A stretch of 64,000 nucleotides of DNA from Glaucostegus cemiculus (Eukaryota). This document shows, piece by piece, positions 11,951 through 25,845 of this stretch. The notes under the pieces are model-generated. The model saw only the letters and a list, made by a program, of their open reading frames with translations. It was not told where the DNA came from and ran no database searches. The DNA is taken from NCBI GenBank assembly GCA_976551045.1, contig CDPCPM010000233.1:62001-126000 (forward strand), given 5' to 3'. Made by a program: the position numbers and the translations under genes. Position 1 is the first letter of the stretch. Every line of letters starts with the position of its first letter.

Positions 11951-13791
11951 AAAATCTGTCCATTTTGCAGAGGGAAAATGGCTGTCTTTTTGAGGAAGAT
12001 GGGTTTCTACCTATTCATCTAAGTGGAGGAATTGAGAGTTAAATCTTTATTTAAATCTAGAGCAGAAAGAAATTGGGTAATTCCACTTTGCTTGAAACAG
12101 AAGCATTTGTTATCTCCTTTCTTGATTTGATAATTGTAAATAAGTTTAACTGGTCCATAGTTACATGTTTGATTTGAAGATGGCATCAATACTTCACTAG
12201 GTGAAGAGGAATGATCTCTCACTTTTGGCAATATCATGAGCTTGCCTTGTGTGCAGTTCATAATGTCTTGTCTGCAGTGTTTATATTTAAAAAAAGATGG
12301 TGTAGAACACTTCCATTGTGATGCACAAGAATTATAAACTGCATTCTGTACTCCAGTAGTGAGGCTGAATGGGTAATCTGTTATTAAAATTATGAAGGGG
12401 GAAGAGTAGTGTGAGTTAGTATGGGTTTGTTTATCCATTAGCTAAGACCATATCAAATGTGGGGAAGTATCATTCTTGTGGCTTGAGTGTCAGCCTGTAG
12501 GGTGAGTGACCAACTACTAGTGATGTTTTATTTGAGATTAGAGCAGCCTTTCTTGTAACACTTAAATTCCTGCAGTATCTGAATTCCAGGTTTAATGACA
12601 TTCTACCTTTTACTACTTAACGTAGACCAGAATGGCCTAATTTATATACTCCAAATGCTATGATTTGGCTGCTGATGAATGGTATTTGGTTAGCAGAATA
12701 TAGTCTTTCCACTGGTTGAGGTTCTATTGTGGAAATGCACATGGTGTGTGGAGGATAATGAAAAAAATTGCTCATAACTTCTATATTGTGTTGAAATTGC
12801 ACTCAACTTACCGGTCTTTCATTCACCACTCCGAACCAGTTCTAGACCTTGCTTCAATAATCTGGTTCTTGAGATATAGCTTTCCATTTTGTTGTACTTT
12901 GTTCCTGGTTCTAGGAAGCTCAGTCTGATCTGCTCTGGCTTTTTTAATGCAAGTACCCTTTTCAAAATTAATGATAAACATTTGGTGAAGTGGATTTGAA
13001 GAGTTTTTCTGCATGTAACTTGGAAAAGGAGTTCAGTAATCAACTGTATACATCTTTTCATGTGACATATCCTGGACACTTTTACAGCAACATTATTAAA
13101 ACAAAATGTGACTCCAAGCCTCATGAGGAGGAATTGGAGTGGATAACCTAAACCTTATGAAAGGTAGATTTTGAAGTGGTAACTAAGTAGTTGAAGGCAT
13201 AACCACCAGTGACAGTGACTGACTAAAATTGGGGATGCTCAAGGGCAAATCTCTTAAAGGGACAGATGAATAGTGATTACCCCATTGCATCATGATTTTC
13301 TTTCTTCCCCCATGGTATGTGGAGGATAATATCTTCATGTTTCAATGAAACTACACGTGTGCAAGTTACCTTTCTCTAATGGAACATTGTCATCAAATGT
13401 TTTGACTGTTGTCTACAACAAAAAGTTTGACCTTGTAAGAGAACTGTTTTTTGCCAACAAATCATCTGGAAATCAGGGGTTGAAAAGTTAGATGTAGTGG
13501 TTTTGGAAACAGACACTGGAATTTTAATCACTTTGTCAGGCCATTGCAGGTCTGATAGTTTCAGTACCGAATTACTGCTGCTAGATGTGTAATATGAATA
13601 GAATAGTGGCAGAAATCTGGTACTATAATTCATTTTTTTCTACCAATTCATAAGACATTGGAGAAATATTTTCTGCTGGTCTAAACCCAAAACTAGACAC
13701 CTGGGGCCTTTGACCAGTGGCATTTTCAACCCCTGGAAAGCCTTCATGTACCCTCCTGACATTATTCTTTGTTATGTCATGGTATGTCCAG

Positions 13792-13890
13792 GTTGTCTGT
13801 GCTGCTCCCCTTAACCTTGAGAACAAATCTGGGCTGAAACCTTCATCTCCTGGTCAGACTTCAGGCAGTGTGTGCTATGAACGCAATGGG
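13792..13890 (+). CDS. CSDE1: CSDE1 coding exon 3 (symmetric cassette exon, 33 aa)
   Basis: gtccag|GTT...GGG|gtaaga; VVCAAPLNLENKSGLKPSSPGQTSGSVCYERNG; 99 nt, phase 0-0. Confidence 0.94.
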
Positions 13891-16124
13891 GTAAGATTGG
13901 ATTTTGTCTTTCCAGGTAATAAATGATCTTTCAGGTAGGTTGCCCATACAGGCACGAGTTTAGGCATGCATGCATATGTCAGCCAGATTGATTTTAAATT
14001 AGATGGTTCCTATAAATATGGGTAACCTCTTGCCTCAATTAAATTCCACACCCCATTAATCTTTGTGCTAATTTTGGCTTTTATCATTTAGGTAGCATTT
14101 GAACAAAGGTCATGGAAAATTGTTCCTTCAGAGCTTAACTTTAGTTTTAAATAGTTTAACCTTTGCAAAACTAGAGTCTAAAACTTAGTAATATGCAAAA
14201 TTAAGCAATAACCATTTTTGCCAAAAGCCTGAAAATGTCCAAATGTAGGTCTGAAGTATTAATCAAGTTCTACAACTGCAGGATTCTGGCTCCATTCCTC
14301 CAGTGAATGCTGTGCATGGCTTCAAACAACTGGAGATGTTTCACTTTCTAAATTTAATGCAAATGCTCATTTCAGTCCCTGAAAAACACTGGATCATTTT
14401 CAGTGTTATCAGCATTGATTTCAGTACTTCTGACTGCAGATGGTGCCTCTAGCAAGCTCCAAGATACCACCCTGTACTGGTTTAAGGGGACTGTATCTAT
14501 TTCTGTAAATGTATTAAGCAAGATGTAGATGGGTTGGAGGGATAAGCACATGGGTCATGAGAATTTCTGGGTCCCAGAGTTGTCAAAGTTGACAGCATTA
14601 GGTTATGGTTGTCATGATATATGTGGGCTATTTTGCATGTTGTGCTTTTGGTCAGATTTTTTGGCCCAAGCTGTCTTGTATAAACATAATTTTGCCACAG
14701 TTTTAAGTAATACAAATGGTTAAGTGCCTATAATAGTTTTTTGGGTGATGTTGAAATGATTAAGTTTATTTGGACACAATATTTTAGCCTTGCTAGCAGT
14801 TGGCTCCTTGGTCCTTGCTGTTTGTTTGAAGTGGAAGATTCTTCCAATTCATTTGGAAGAGTTTCCAGTGGTGTAAAGATTAGACTATCATTCTTGCATG
14901 CGGTTGGGGGGTGGGGTGCTGGTGGGGGTTGGTTGCAGGGGGCACACATACTGTATTTTGTTCAAAGTGAGTGGTTGGCTTTTATAAACCTTAAAGCTGT
15001 ATACTTAATCTTTCTCTCTTGCAGTCTTGTTCTAATATCGTGGATTATTTCAAGTAAATATTCCAAAGTTAGCAAGCCAGAGTAATTTCAGTTTGCATTA
15101 ATTTGAAGATGCCCCTTTGCCTAATATCTACTTTTCCTCAGAGTTGGTCTCTTGAATGTAAAACAGCAACTGCAGTACATTATGGAAAATGCTTTAAGTA
15201 TTTCACTGGCCACATGCAGAGGTATCTGAAACTGTTGTAATGACTCCATGCTCATTAATTGGAGTGTTGTGCAAGAGTCATAATTGGAAAAGGTTTCTGA
15301 TTTATTTGCTTCAGGATTTGTTAAACTTCAAAGATTCTTGCTCAGTTGTCACAAGGTAGAAATGGGGCAATCAAATGGAGTTCAACATCTATTCAACTAC
15401 TTTTGGAAGGACAGAATTGCCCTAGATTTGTTTTTCTCTGAATGTTTTAATGTTTTTTCTAGTTCATTCTGCATTATCCTCTACATACCATGAGAAAAAA
15501 ATCCAGTAAATCCACTTGATTTCTTTAGATTGCTGCTCCCCATACGCTCCTGCGAATTTAATTTCACCCGTATAGGATAATGTTGGAAAGCTATAAATGT
15601 ACATCTTGTTGATGTTGAGTTTAGTTTAAACTTCTTGCCTTGAATTTGCCAAGCTTTTGTGAAATTCTCCTCTTGTCAAGTTCTAGTTTCCAAATGTATA
15701 ATTAAATCTTCTTGCTGGCCTCTGCTTTACTCTGAGAAATAACCAGCAAAATTTGTTGACACAGCTAGTGTGTGCAAGAGATTAATGTTAACCCTTTTCT
15801 AATTGTACCAAGTTAAATTCACTCCTTTATTGATTTTTTCTTCCATTGTATGCCACCTTTCATGCAGTTTCAACTATGAATGACTTGATGTAAAATAGCA
15901 TTCCACATATCTGAATTTGATGCTCGTAACTCTGGTATAGATCCTTTGCCTGATTGACATGCATTTAGTTGAGTTTTGCAGTGCATTGCAGTGTTTAGAT
16001 TTACTCTGGTAGGTGAGGTTTTGATTAGATATCTGCTGTGCTTAATTTTGTTATTGCACCTTTACAAAAGCAAGTAGAAGAATTTGTTTAAATATAATTT
16101 GTTAGAAGATTCAGACAGAGTCGG

Positions 16125-16420
16125 GTGCTTTGGTGCAGCAGTTAGTGCTGCTTTGGCTTCAGGGGCCCAGGTTCATTCCTGACTTCAGGTGCTATGTGGG
16201 GTTTGCACATTCTATCTATGACTCTGAATTTATTGATGCTCCAGTTTCCTTCCTCATCCAAAGATATGCTAGTAGATTAATTGTTTGCCATTAAAATCTA
16301 CTAATATAGGTTAATAGCAAAAGAATAGAGAGAACTGGTAGGAATATGAAGGTTAAGTTGCAGGAGTATAGAGAAGTGGGGGAGGGTGAGCTATAATGGA
16401 CCTGATGGGCTGAACAGTCT
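16125..16420 (+). mobile_element. Degenerate tRNA-derived SINE
   Basis: A-box-like ggtgcagcagttag, B-box-like ggttcattcct, core gtttgcacattct...gctccagtttccttcctcatccaaaga, and CR1-like tail ggacctgatgggctgaa. Confidence 0.65.
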
Positions 16421-17794
16421 CATCATTACAAGTATAATATGAGAAGAAAATATATCAGTGGAGGACATTTGGATTGGTTCTACACGCGTGGTGAGTCTTG
16501 GGTCTGCTGATCATTGGATAGTCCCTAGTACAGGGAGGACATTTGATCTATTGTCTGTATCTAGTAGCTTTAGGGTAGAATGGAATGTCCTGCTTTTGGA
16601 TTCTTTGGTTGGGATTACAATTCACTTTATAGATCGTGAAGCATTGCCTATGGGTACAGTAATGATGTGTGTTGGAATATTCATCAAGTCAGTGGAATGC
16701 ATGAAAACAATTCTCTCACAGCTGCTAGTTTTTTTCATGAAGGAATGGAGAAGGAACCAGTGGTTAGAATTTCACTGCTGCACAGGTGTAATAATTGTCC
16801 TTGTGCTAATTGGTTCTGTGGTCCACAGTGGGTCTGCCATCAGGTACCCAAGGCCCTGGTGGGGATTGCACAAAGGACTTCTGTAAATCCAGTACGAGTG
16901 ATTTGTGTGTAAGGGAAGTGTAGGATGATTTAGAGGGTTAGGGGTGTTGATAGGGGATGGTCTTGGATCAGAAAAGTGAGCAAGAGTCAACTGCTGTTTG
17001 CATACATCATACCACTAGTTGTTGGGAAAGTGCAGATGGATGAGTTGTGGGGTCGTGAAATCAGTGCATGGGGTAGGGTATGGTTGGTGATGAGGGAATA
17101 ATTTGATTTGTCAATCAAAAGCTGAGGCTTGTAGTGATTGGATATGGGGATGGTGTTTCAATGGCAGATAAAGGTTTTGATTGGGCAAAGATTGTGAGCT
17201 GGGAGGCTGTGGTAGGGTTTAGGGTGTTGTGGAGAGGTGGCAATGGTAACATAGGAGGTAAGGTGGCTGAAACACCAATAATATTTGAAGAGGGATCTAG
17301 TGTGGATTAGGACCTCATCTGGAAGACCCCTTTAATCTGTTCTTCTGCAGCATGTGCTGTTATCACCAGCAGTAGGTGCACTTGATCATTGTGATCAAAT
17401 TTTACATACTAGTGTTACTGTGGGTATCCTGTAATATCCTGTTTAACATGGAAAATTTGTGCATGTGCAATTGATAATAGGAAGTAGATGGCCAGATTTC
17501 TGAATTTATGCTTTTGATCTGGAAATTGCTTTGTATCAATGTGCTGAAAAGATGCCACAGTTTTCAATTTGGTAAAGATAGTTCCTTGTAAGGAGATGGG
17601 TGCCTGTGCCAGCGTTATTGCTGAACTGTGCCATTGATTCAGATAGTTTGTATTCAGCATAGTAATTTGTCTGCACTTAAGTTTTATGAAAATTTCAGAC
17701 AATCTTTTGATCAAAGCATACTGTTCAATTAATATATCCCTATGAACAAAATATTAAGGGCATCAGTTTAAATTTGTGTAAACAGGGAATGGTA

Positions 17795-18900
17795 AGGCAG
17801 CATCTATAAAAAGAAACATTTAATATTTCAGGCTGAAGACCCATCAGAACTAGCAAAGATATAAAAGGTAGCTTAAGTTCTAGGGTCATGGTGATGGCAT
17901 GGAAGCAGGCCTATAAAGTCCACACCAACCCACTTTCACGCTATTCCTATCCTCCATTTTCCCCACATTCCCATCCACCTCTCCCCACACACATTTGTGT
18001 GCATGCAGTCTCTCTACCACTTACCTACACACTAAGAGCACTTTACAGTAATTAATCTACCAACCTGCCCAAACTCCAGATAGTTGCTGAGAAGCTGGTA
18101 AAAGGAAAGCATAAATGGAATATCTTGGTTAGCTGAGGCCAGGTCAAATGGGTTAATGGGGCATTTGGAGTGATTATGCTTAATTGTATATTGCTAATTA
18201 TGGAGGTGTGGAACATACCCAGTTGGTCAGACTCTACTAAAAGGGAGAAAGCAACTGAACCAGTATCATAGATGAGTTGAAGCAGAAATTGCTCGTTCTG
18301 TCTGTTAAGACAGAAAGCAATTTACCTAAAGCTGAGGAATTCTATATTCCATAAAGCTGCAATGTTCCCAGGTGGAAGATGAGATGTTGTCCCTCAGATA
18401 TTTGGATCTTTTACTGCGTAGGAGGTCATGGGTCAGAATGGGAGTGGGATGGAGATTCGGTGGTAGGTGACAGGAAACAGATGGCCATTCCTGCAGATTG
18501 AATACAACACTTCAAAATAATTGTCTAATCTGTTTCTCTGATGTAATGGAGACCACATTGAACATGAAAGGCAAAACACAATTGAAAGAAGTGCTAGTAA
18601 ATTGCTTCACCTGTAAATACTTGGTCCTGGATAGTGGGAAGGGAAGAGTTGAAAGGACATGAAAAATGGTGAATGGTTGGGTATGGAAGAGCAGATGGAT
18701 TCATGGAGGGAATGGTCCCTTTGAAATGCTGAAAGGGCAGGCGAATGCATCTGCTGCTGGAATCTCAATGGAGCAGGTAAAAATTGCAGAGGACCCTTTG
18801 GGTGTGAATACTGCAGGAGTGGAATTTGAGGACATGATGGCTCTGACCTTGCTAGTGCATATTAAATTTGGAGAAAGTAAGTGGAGTTGAAGTTCAATGA
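17795..18900 (-). mobile_element. Degenerate Penelope-like fragments with an embedded SINE-like piece (about 17895-18070)
   Basis: Shares motifs with 7940-8600 (gcagcatct...aagacccatcagaact; aagatgagatgttgtccctc; gggagtggga). Confidence 0.5.
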
Positions 18901-20479
18901 AAGGACAAGTTTAGCCAGGCCTAAATGAGTGTTGCTGCAGAGGAATTGGTTCAAGGAAGAGCCAGAGGGTGCTAAGCCCTTTCTAGTCTAGGATGGAACT
19001 GTAGAGCGATTGAACATCCCTGGTAAAGGGTGATCCAATTAGGGCTAGATAACTGGAAACTTCACTGGTGGAGGGTATCTAAAGTGTCATGGATGCAAGT
19101 GCGAAGAGCCTTGCTATTAGTAATGCAACAGAAGCATAATCACTCTCCAACTATCCCCATTAACCCATTTGACTTGGCCTTGCCCTATCATAGATATTCC
19201 TTTTGTCTTTTCCATCCTTACTGTAACTTGAAACTACATTTTTTATATTCCTTTCCTGGTTCTGGCAAAAAATCTTCAACCTTCCCCACAGATCCTCCCT
19301 GACCTGAGTGTTTCAAGAATTTTGTTTTTCAGATTGACAGCATCTTCAGTGTTTGTTTTATTGAAATAGAACCTGGAAAAGTGCATCACAGGAACAAGCC
19401 CCATTTACCTTTAACTTCCAATCCTATGTCTAAACTAGGACCTTCTGTAATATCCTGTGCTTGAATGCTTTGTTTAAAACTTATGGGAAGAATGTGAAAG
19501 GAGATGGATAGCTAAGTCTTTGGCTCCTGTGGAGAAGTTCCTGGTTTCCACTCAGTACCACCCATAATTTGATTTAGAAATTATTAGTATACAAGAAATA
19601 CTGTCATGCTCGTTGTAATAGTGTTATGCCATGACAGAAAACAGGAGTGATTTCACATTTAACAGTTAACTTAATATTACCAATCTTCAAATTTTCACTT
19701 TCTTCTAGAAGTCATCTGATTATCTGTTTAGGCTTCTGTCAAAGGTAATTTCTCCTTTCCTGTTTCTTTGTTGTCAAACTTATTAGCCCCAGTAAAATGC
19801 AAATAATGACTATTTAGCTCCCCATGACAATATTGAAGGAGTTCAGGTTATCTCCCAACTTGATGTAGTGAGTAAAAAAAACTGTAATTGAAAAAATTTT
19901 AGGTTTTAGTGGAGGAGTTGTCACAAAGTGGAAGAAACTTTTCTTACTGGTACCTGGCTTGCATTCTTGAAATGCTACATCATTGTTTATGAAAGCTGCA
20001 GTTTTTTCAGTGTACAGAATGCAGTATCATGTTGTAGATTATCATTGTGCAAGGAAACCATGAGCTCCAGGTATGCTTAGTTCTGTTAAATTGGTTTTGC
20101 TTTATTCAGGCTCTGCTTTCATGGATTTCTTAATGCGGGTAGGACAGTAGAGGGAGATTTTAGACAAAATGGATTGTTTTAAGGCAGTTTTTGTTTCTTT
20201 GGCTCTGGATTTTGTAGGAAATACTGTATTCTTGAATTTTCCCTGCTTTGAGTACATCTGACCTGTTTTAGTAGTTGCTCCTAACACTCTGGTAAAGGAG
20301 CATTACTAAGTTTGGTTGAACAGAGGTGGAATATTGACATTAATATCTTACATCAGATGCCTGTGAGGAAAATCTGTTTGAAAGCTTCATTCTAGACATT
20401 GATGGAGAATGAGAGATCCGCTACTGTACTTGAACAACAGAAGACCATGAGCCAATGTTTTAATGTCAGTGATGTGCCT

Positions 20480-22118
20480 GGAAGATGTGGAAGTGGGTGA
20501 GGTCCTTAATAATTCTCTTCAGTATTTACCAAGGAGAGGGGCCTTGATGACGCTGAGGGCAGTGTTGGTAAGGTTAATGTTTTAGAGCATGTTGATATCA
20601 AGAGGATGTGTTGGAGCTGTTAGAAAATATTAGGACAGAAGTCCCCAGAGTCTGACTGAATATTCCCCAAGCTGCTCAGCAAGGTGAGGGAGGATACTGC
20701 TGAACCTTTGGCTAGGATCTTTGAGTCCTTGTTGTCCATGGGAATGGTACCAGATGATTGGAGGGTGGCAAATGATGTCCCTTTATTCAAAAAAGGTCGT
20801 AGGGATAGTCCAAGGAATTATAGACCAGTGAGCCTTATGTCTGTGGTAACTAAGCTGTTGGAAAGGATTCTTAGAGATAGGATTTATGGGCATTTAGAGA
20901 ATCATGGTTGATTGGGGGCAGCCAGCATGGCTTTGTGAAGGGCAGATCATGTCTCTCAAGCTTGATAAGTGTTCTGAGAAGGTGACCAGACAGATTGAGG
21001 GTAGTGTAGTAGATGTGGTCCACATGGATTTTAGTAAGGCATTTTGTCAGGGTTGCACATGGGATCCAGGGAAGCTTGGCTATGTGGATTCAGAATTGGC
21101 TGGCCTGTAGAAAGCAGAGGGTTGTGGTGGCGGGACTGTGTTCAGCTTAGAGGGCTGTGACTAGCAGTGTCCCACAAGGATCGGTTCTGGACCTCCTGCT
21201 TTTTGTGAATTTTTTTATTAATGACTTGGATGAGGGGATAGAAGGGTGGTTTGGCCAGTTTGCAGGTGAGGCAAAGTTTAGTGGTGTTCTGAATAGTGTG
21301 GAGGATTGTCAAAGAATGCAGAGGGATACTGATAGGATGCAGAGCTAGGCTGAAGTCACAGATGGAGTTTAATCTCGAAGTCTTTGGAAGGCAGAATGCA
21401 AAGTTAATGGCAAGATTCTGGTTAGTGTGGAGGAGCAGAGGGATCTGGGGGTCCATATCTACAGATCCCTGAAAGTTGCCTCACAGGTGGAGAGGGTAGT
21501 TAAGAAAGCTTATGGGGTGTTACTTTCATAAATCAAAGTATCGAGTTTAAGAACTGCAAGGTAATGATGCAGCTCTATAAAACTCTGGTTAGACCACACT
21601 TGAGTACTGTGTCCAGTTCTGGTTGCCTCATTATAGGAAGGATGTGAAAGTGTTGGAAAGCATGCAGAGGAGATTTACCAGGATGCTGTCTGGTTTAGAG
21701 TATGCATTATGAGGAGAGACTAAAGGAGCTAGGGCTTTACTCTTTGGAGATGAGGATGAGAGGAGACATGACAGGTGTACAAAATAATTAGAGGAATAGA
21801 GTGGACAGCCAGTACCTCTTTCCCGGGGCACCATTGCTCAATGCGAGGGCATGACTTTAAGGTACTGGGTGGAAAGTTCAAGGGAGATATCAGAGGGAGG
21901 TGTTTTTACCCAGAGTGGTTGGGGCATGGAATGCACTGCCTGGAGCAGTGGTGGAGGCAGGTACATTGGTCAAATTCAAGAGATTGCTGGATAAGCATAT
22001 GGAGGAATTTAAAATAGAGGAATATGTGGGAGGAACAGGTTAGATAGTCTTAGGTGAGGTTTAAAGGTCGGCAAACATTGTGGGCTGAAGGACCTGTATT
22101 GTGCTGTACTGTTCTATG
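20480..22118 (+). mobile_element. CR1 LINE, 5'-truncated, with frameshifted ORF2 reverse transcriptase
   Basis: ORF remnants PDDWRVANDVPLFKKG...NYRPVSLMSVVTKLLERI, VDVVHMDFSKAF, SSVPQGSVL...FINDLDEGIE, and 3' tail gggctgaaggacctgtattgtgctgtactgttctatg. Confidence 0.95.
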
Positions 22119-23904
22119 GAGGTAGCATCTGAGAATATGCCATAATATCCAGGCACAGCTAGAGTGTAAGATTGATGTTGGCCCTTTTCTAATTGTGCTT
22201 AAATCCATTTCTTTCTTGATTTTAACTCTGCATTTAAAGGTAGCATGCAAAGGGAGTACAGACAGATGAGTAACCTGGTAACAAGACTGCCTGTAAACTC
22301 AATGCAGTTAAATTCCTTGACCACAGACTGCACTTTTGATCTTTGGAAAGATTGTAGTGACTTCAGTGATTAAACGACCCTAAAACACCACTACCTGCCA
22401 TTGTTTTTATCGTCTTTAAGTAAATAGCTTTAGGCATCATCTAGTGCCAGGCTTGTCTTGCAGGGAATTTTTACTGTAACTACAGTTTCTGTAGAATGTC
22501 TGCCCATTTCCCTTTGCTGAATTGGGATTTTCCCCTCGATACTGTTATTGTTTGAAGCATGTTATTTATAGGAGAAGCAATTAAGTACAAGAGTAAGTAA
22601 AACTCTTAATTGGCAAATTCAGAGCTAAACCCAAGTGTATATGAGAGACTAACCTATGAGGAATTTCATAATACTTCTGTGTAATATGTTGAGCGTGCGG
22701 GTGATGTCTTTTTCCACACAGTGAATGTTTTTCCTTTACCACTATGATGCAACAGCTTTGGGGAAATTTGGTATAGGAGTTACTGTCATCAAACTCCTGT
22801 ACCCTCAAACATACTCATTTGCTTGTGCGTTAAATAATATGTACTATTTCAAGGCTACAGCTTGTTTGCAGCATCGGGGGATTGGTAAACTTTGTATCTT
22901 GTTGGCCCTCTTCAGTGCTGTAATTTGAGGAAAATGGGAACTTTGCATTTTATGGTTTTCTACTAATTTCAAAATACTTCCAGTACTCAACTGGGATTTC
23001 TTTAAATTTTAAGTGGCTTCTTATCTCTGTTCTACTGTGTGGTTTCTATATTGAAGCAAACATTGTAATTGACCTAAAAATGTTTGCTTTTATTGCCCCT
23101 CTCAATCTCCACATACTAATTTCTTGGTCTCTACTGTATGGTTTTGGAGATGTCATAAGGTGGTGAAGGAATAAAATGTTATAGCAGCTTGTCCAAGAGT
23201 TCAGTCAGGCATTTTACCAGCTTGTTTATTATAAGGCATGATGCCAGTAAGGCACGTGTTTTAAAAAGCAGGGGTGTGGGGGTGGGTAAAGGAAAGTATT
23301 AATGGCAAATTAATTCTGGTGATGCCCTATCCAAATATCTCTAGAACTTGAACTAGTATTTCCACTGGTGTTTCATCAGTTTAGTAACCACGTTATAGAG
23401 ATGAGAAAAGTGCAAGATTTGATTTTTTCCACCCATGCTGTATCAGGAGCTTTCAGCATGCCATTGGCCTTGGTACTCTGGGTTTGGAGCAGTTGGTCAG
23501 AGTTCCTTCTGACTGACCAGGGCCATCTGTAAATTGAGACCTTTGCGTAAAGGTAGAATGCACTTGGCTGATTCACCCTTCATTTAGGTGACATTGAGAC
23601 TACTTTTGTCACTGCTCAAAAAAAAACTATTTTAGAGCTATATTGACTAGTGAAATCTTCAATATGGAGCATTGTAAATCTAAACCAACTGGTGAAAAAT
23701 GAAAGGAAAAATGGATTAGCATCAGCTGTGTACTTTCCCCAATGGCTAGTTAAAAATTCACTCATTCATAAATACTCAATGTTTTGGCATACAAATCTGA
23801 CAATTACTTCTGTAGTTTAAAAATTAGATTGTTAAAATGGTTAATAATTTTGCTCTGTGATTGTATTTAAACCACCAGATCTAATTGATTGCTTTTTGGT
23901 TTAG

Positions 23905-24002
23905 GAAGTGTTTTATCTGACATATACACCTGAAGATGTTGATGGAAATGTCCAACTTGAAACAGGAGATAAAGTTTCTTTCTCCATGGAAACAAATAAA
24001 CA
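23905..24002 (+). CDS. CSDE1: CSDE1 coding exon 4
   Basis: ttttggtttag|GAA...CA|gtatgt; EVFYLTYTPEDVDGNVQLETGDKVSFSMETNK; 98 nt. Confidence 0.96.
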
Positions 24003-25845
24003 GTATGTATGGTCAACTTGGTTTACTAATTTTGGTGTTTTATATTTTGTGATCAGATTCATTGCATAATTCAAATCAAATATAGCCCTATACAATATTC
24101 TGAAGCAATATCTTGAATAGATAGCACGTATAGTTTTCAGGAATATGCTTACTCCATCTTGAACAATGTTTTGCTGCTAAGCTGGGTTCTCTAATGACAT
24201 TGCAACAAAAGTTCACTGTTGCCATTTAAAAGGTCAGCCATATAACTGAAAGATCAAAATGATTTTGTATAAATCTCCCATGCTCTACCGTGAACATAAA
24301 ATACTTGTATTCTGTGCTATACCGCGGCAATTGCTTTAACATTTGTCCTTCGTTCTTTCAAACTGGCTTTAATTTTAAACGCATGGTTTCTACTTGTTAA
24401 ACATCTCCAGAAAATCCTGGAGATGTTTAGCAGGTTTTTGGAGAAAGACATTGTTTTCAGACTGCTTTCATCAGATCTATAAGTGAGAAATGTCTTGAGT
24501 AGTGGGAGTGGCAGTAGGTTGGAAAGAACAAAGAATATCTGTGCCAAAGTGAATACTAAGATTGTGTGACATGCTGTTTTAGTCTAAGGGGTGGTGTTTG
24601 TTAAACATTCTGGAACTCCAGATCAGCAATAATTCATTATCCTCTTCGGTACCAATCACAATAGTGTTATCTGGGAAATCTTAATCACCACCTACCGGCC
24701 CCTGCACATCTGTTATGGTCACTCTTCCACTTCTGATGGAAGGTCATCAACCGGAAATGTTAATTGTTTCTTTACACAGATGCTGCCTGACCTGTGCATC
24801 CCAAGCATTTTCTGTTTTCTTTTCAGATTTCTAGCACCTGCAGTTTTATGGTCTTCATGTTCATATTTAAATCTTGCATCAATAATCAAAAACTTCCATA
24901 TGCATAATTACCAGATGTATTTACTGTGCTCCATCCCCAGTTCTAAAGGACAAATTCCCATCCTGCTTAGGATGGGATTAAAATTTTGGCAAGGTCTGGT
25001 TATTTTATTTATTCACAGGGCATGGATATCATTGGTAAGGTCTGTATCTACAATCCACTGCTAACTTTCTCCCTGAACTGGTGATCTGCTAGATTATTTC
25101 AGGGGGCAGTTAAAAGTCAACCATGTTGGTAGTTCCAAAGTCATCAGCATTGATAATAGCTTTATTCCTGGTTTATGTAATTGAATTTAAGTTTCCCCAG
25201 CTGATGGAGTTCAGATTGTTCCAGAATTTAGCTTCCAGTAAATTCAAGTGAACTAGCCTATCTCCAAGTAAACAGTTCCCTTATTTTCCCAGGAAAAAAG
25301 TCCTGTCATAACAACACAATATTACTTAAAAGGTCATTGGTGCAGTATTGCATTACAGAAAGTGATTTCTAGGAACTCAAATAGCTCAGTTTTGTATTTT
25401 ATTGTATATCCACACTAGATATTTGGACAGCTTGCTATCCTTAATCATTTGTTAGGCTCCAATTTTATTTTGCCATTTTGAGTTGACATTCTGGTCACCT
25501 CGTTCAATTTAGAATCTGTCTTGTAGCACGGCAGCAGGCCCTTGGGCCAACCACGTCCATGCTGACCACCTTGCCCATCTACACTAACCTCATTTGCCTG
25601 CATTAGGCAGTGTCCTTCTGTGTCTTGCTTGACTATCTGTCCAAACACTTGTTAACTGTGGTTGTAACCGATTCTTCTTCGTCCTCCACCTCTGGTAGCA
25701 TGTTCCAGAGATCAACCACTTGTTACAAACAAAAAACCTTTGTCCTTAAGATCTCAAAGCTTTTTCCTCTTGCCCTTTTGATACCCCTGCCATAGGAGAA
25801 ATTTTGACTGTCTACCATATCTGTGATTCTCATAGTCTTGTATAC

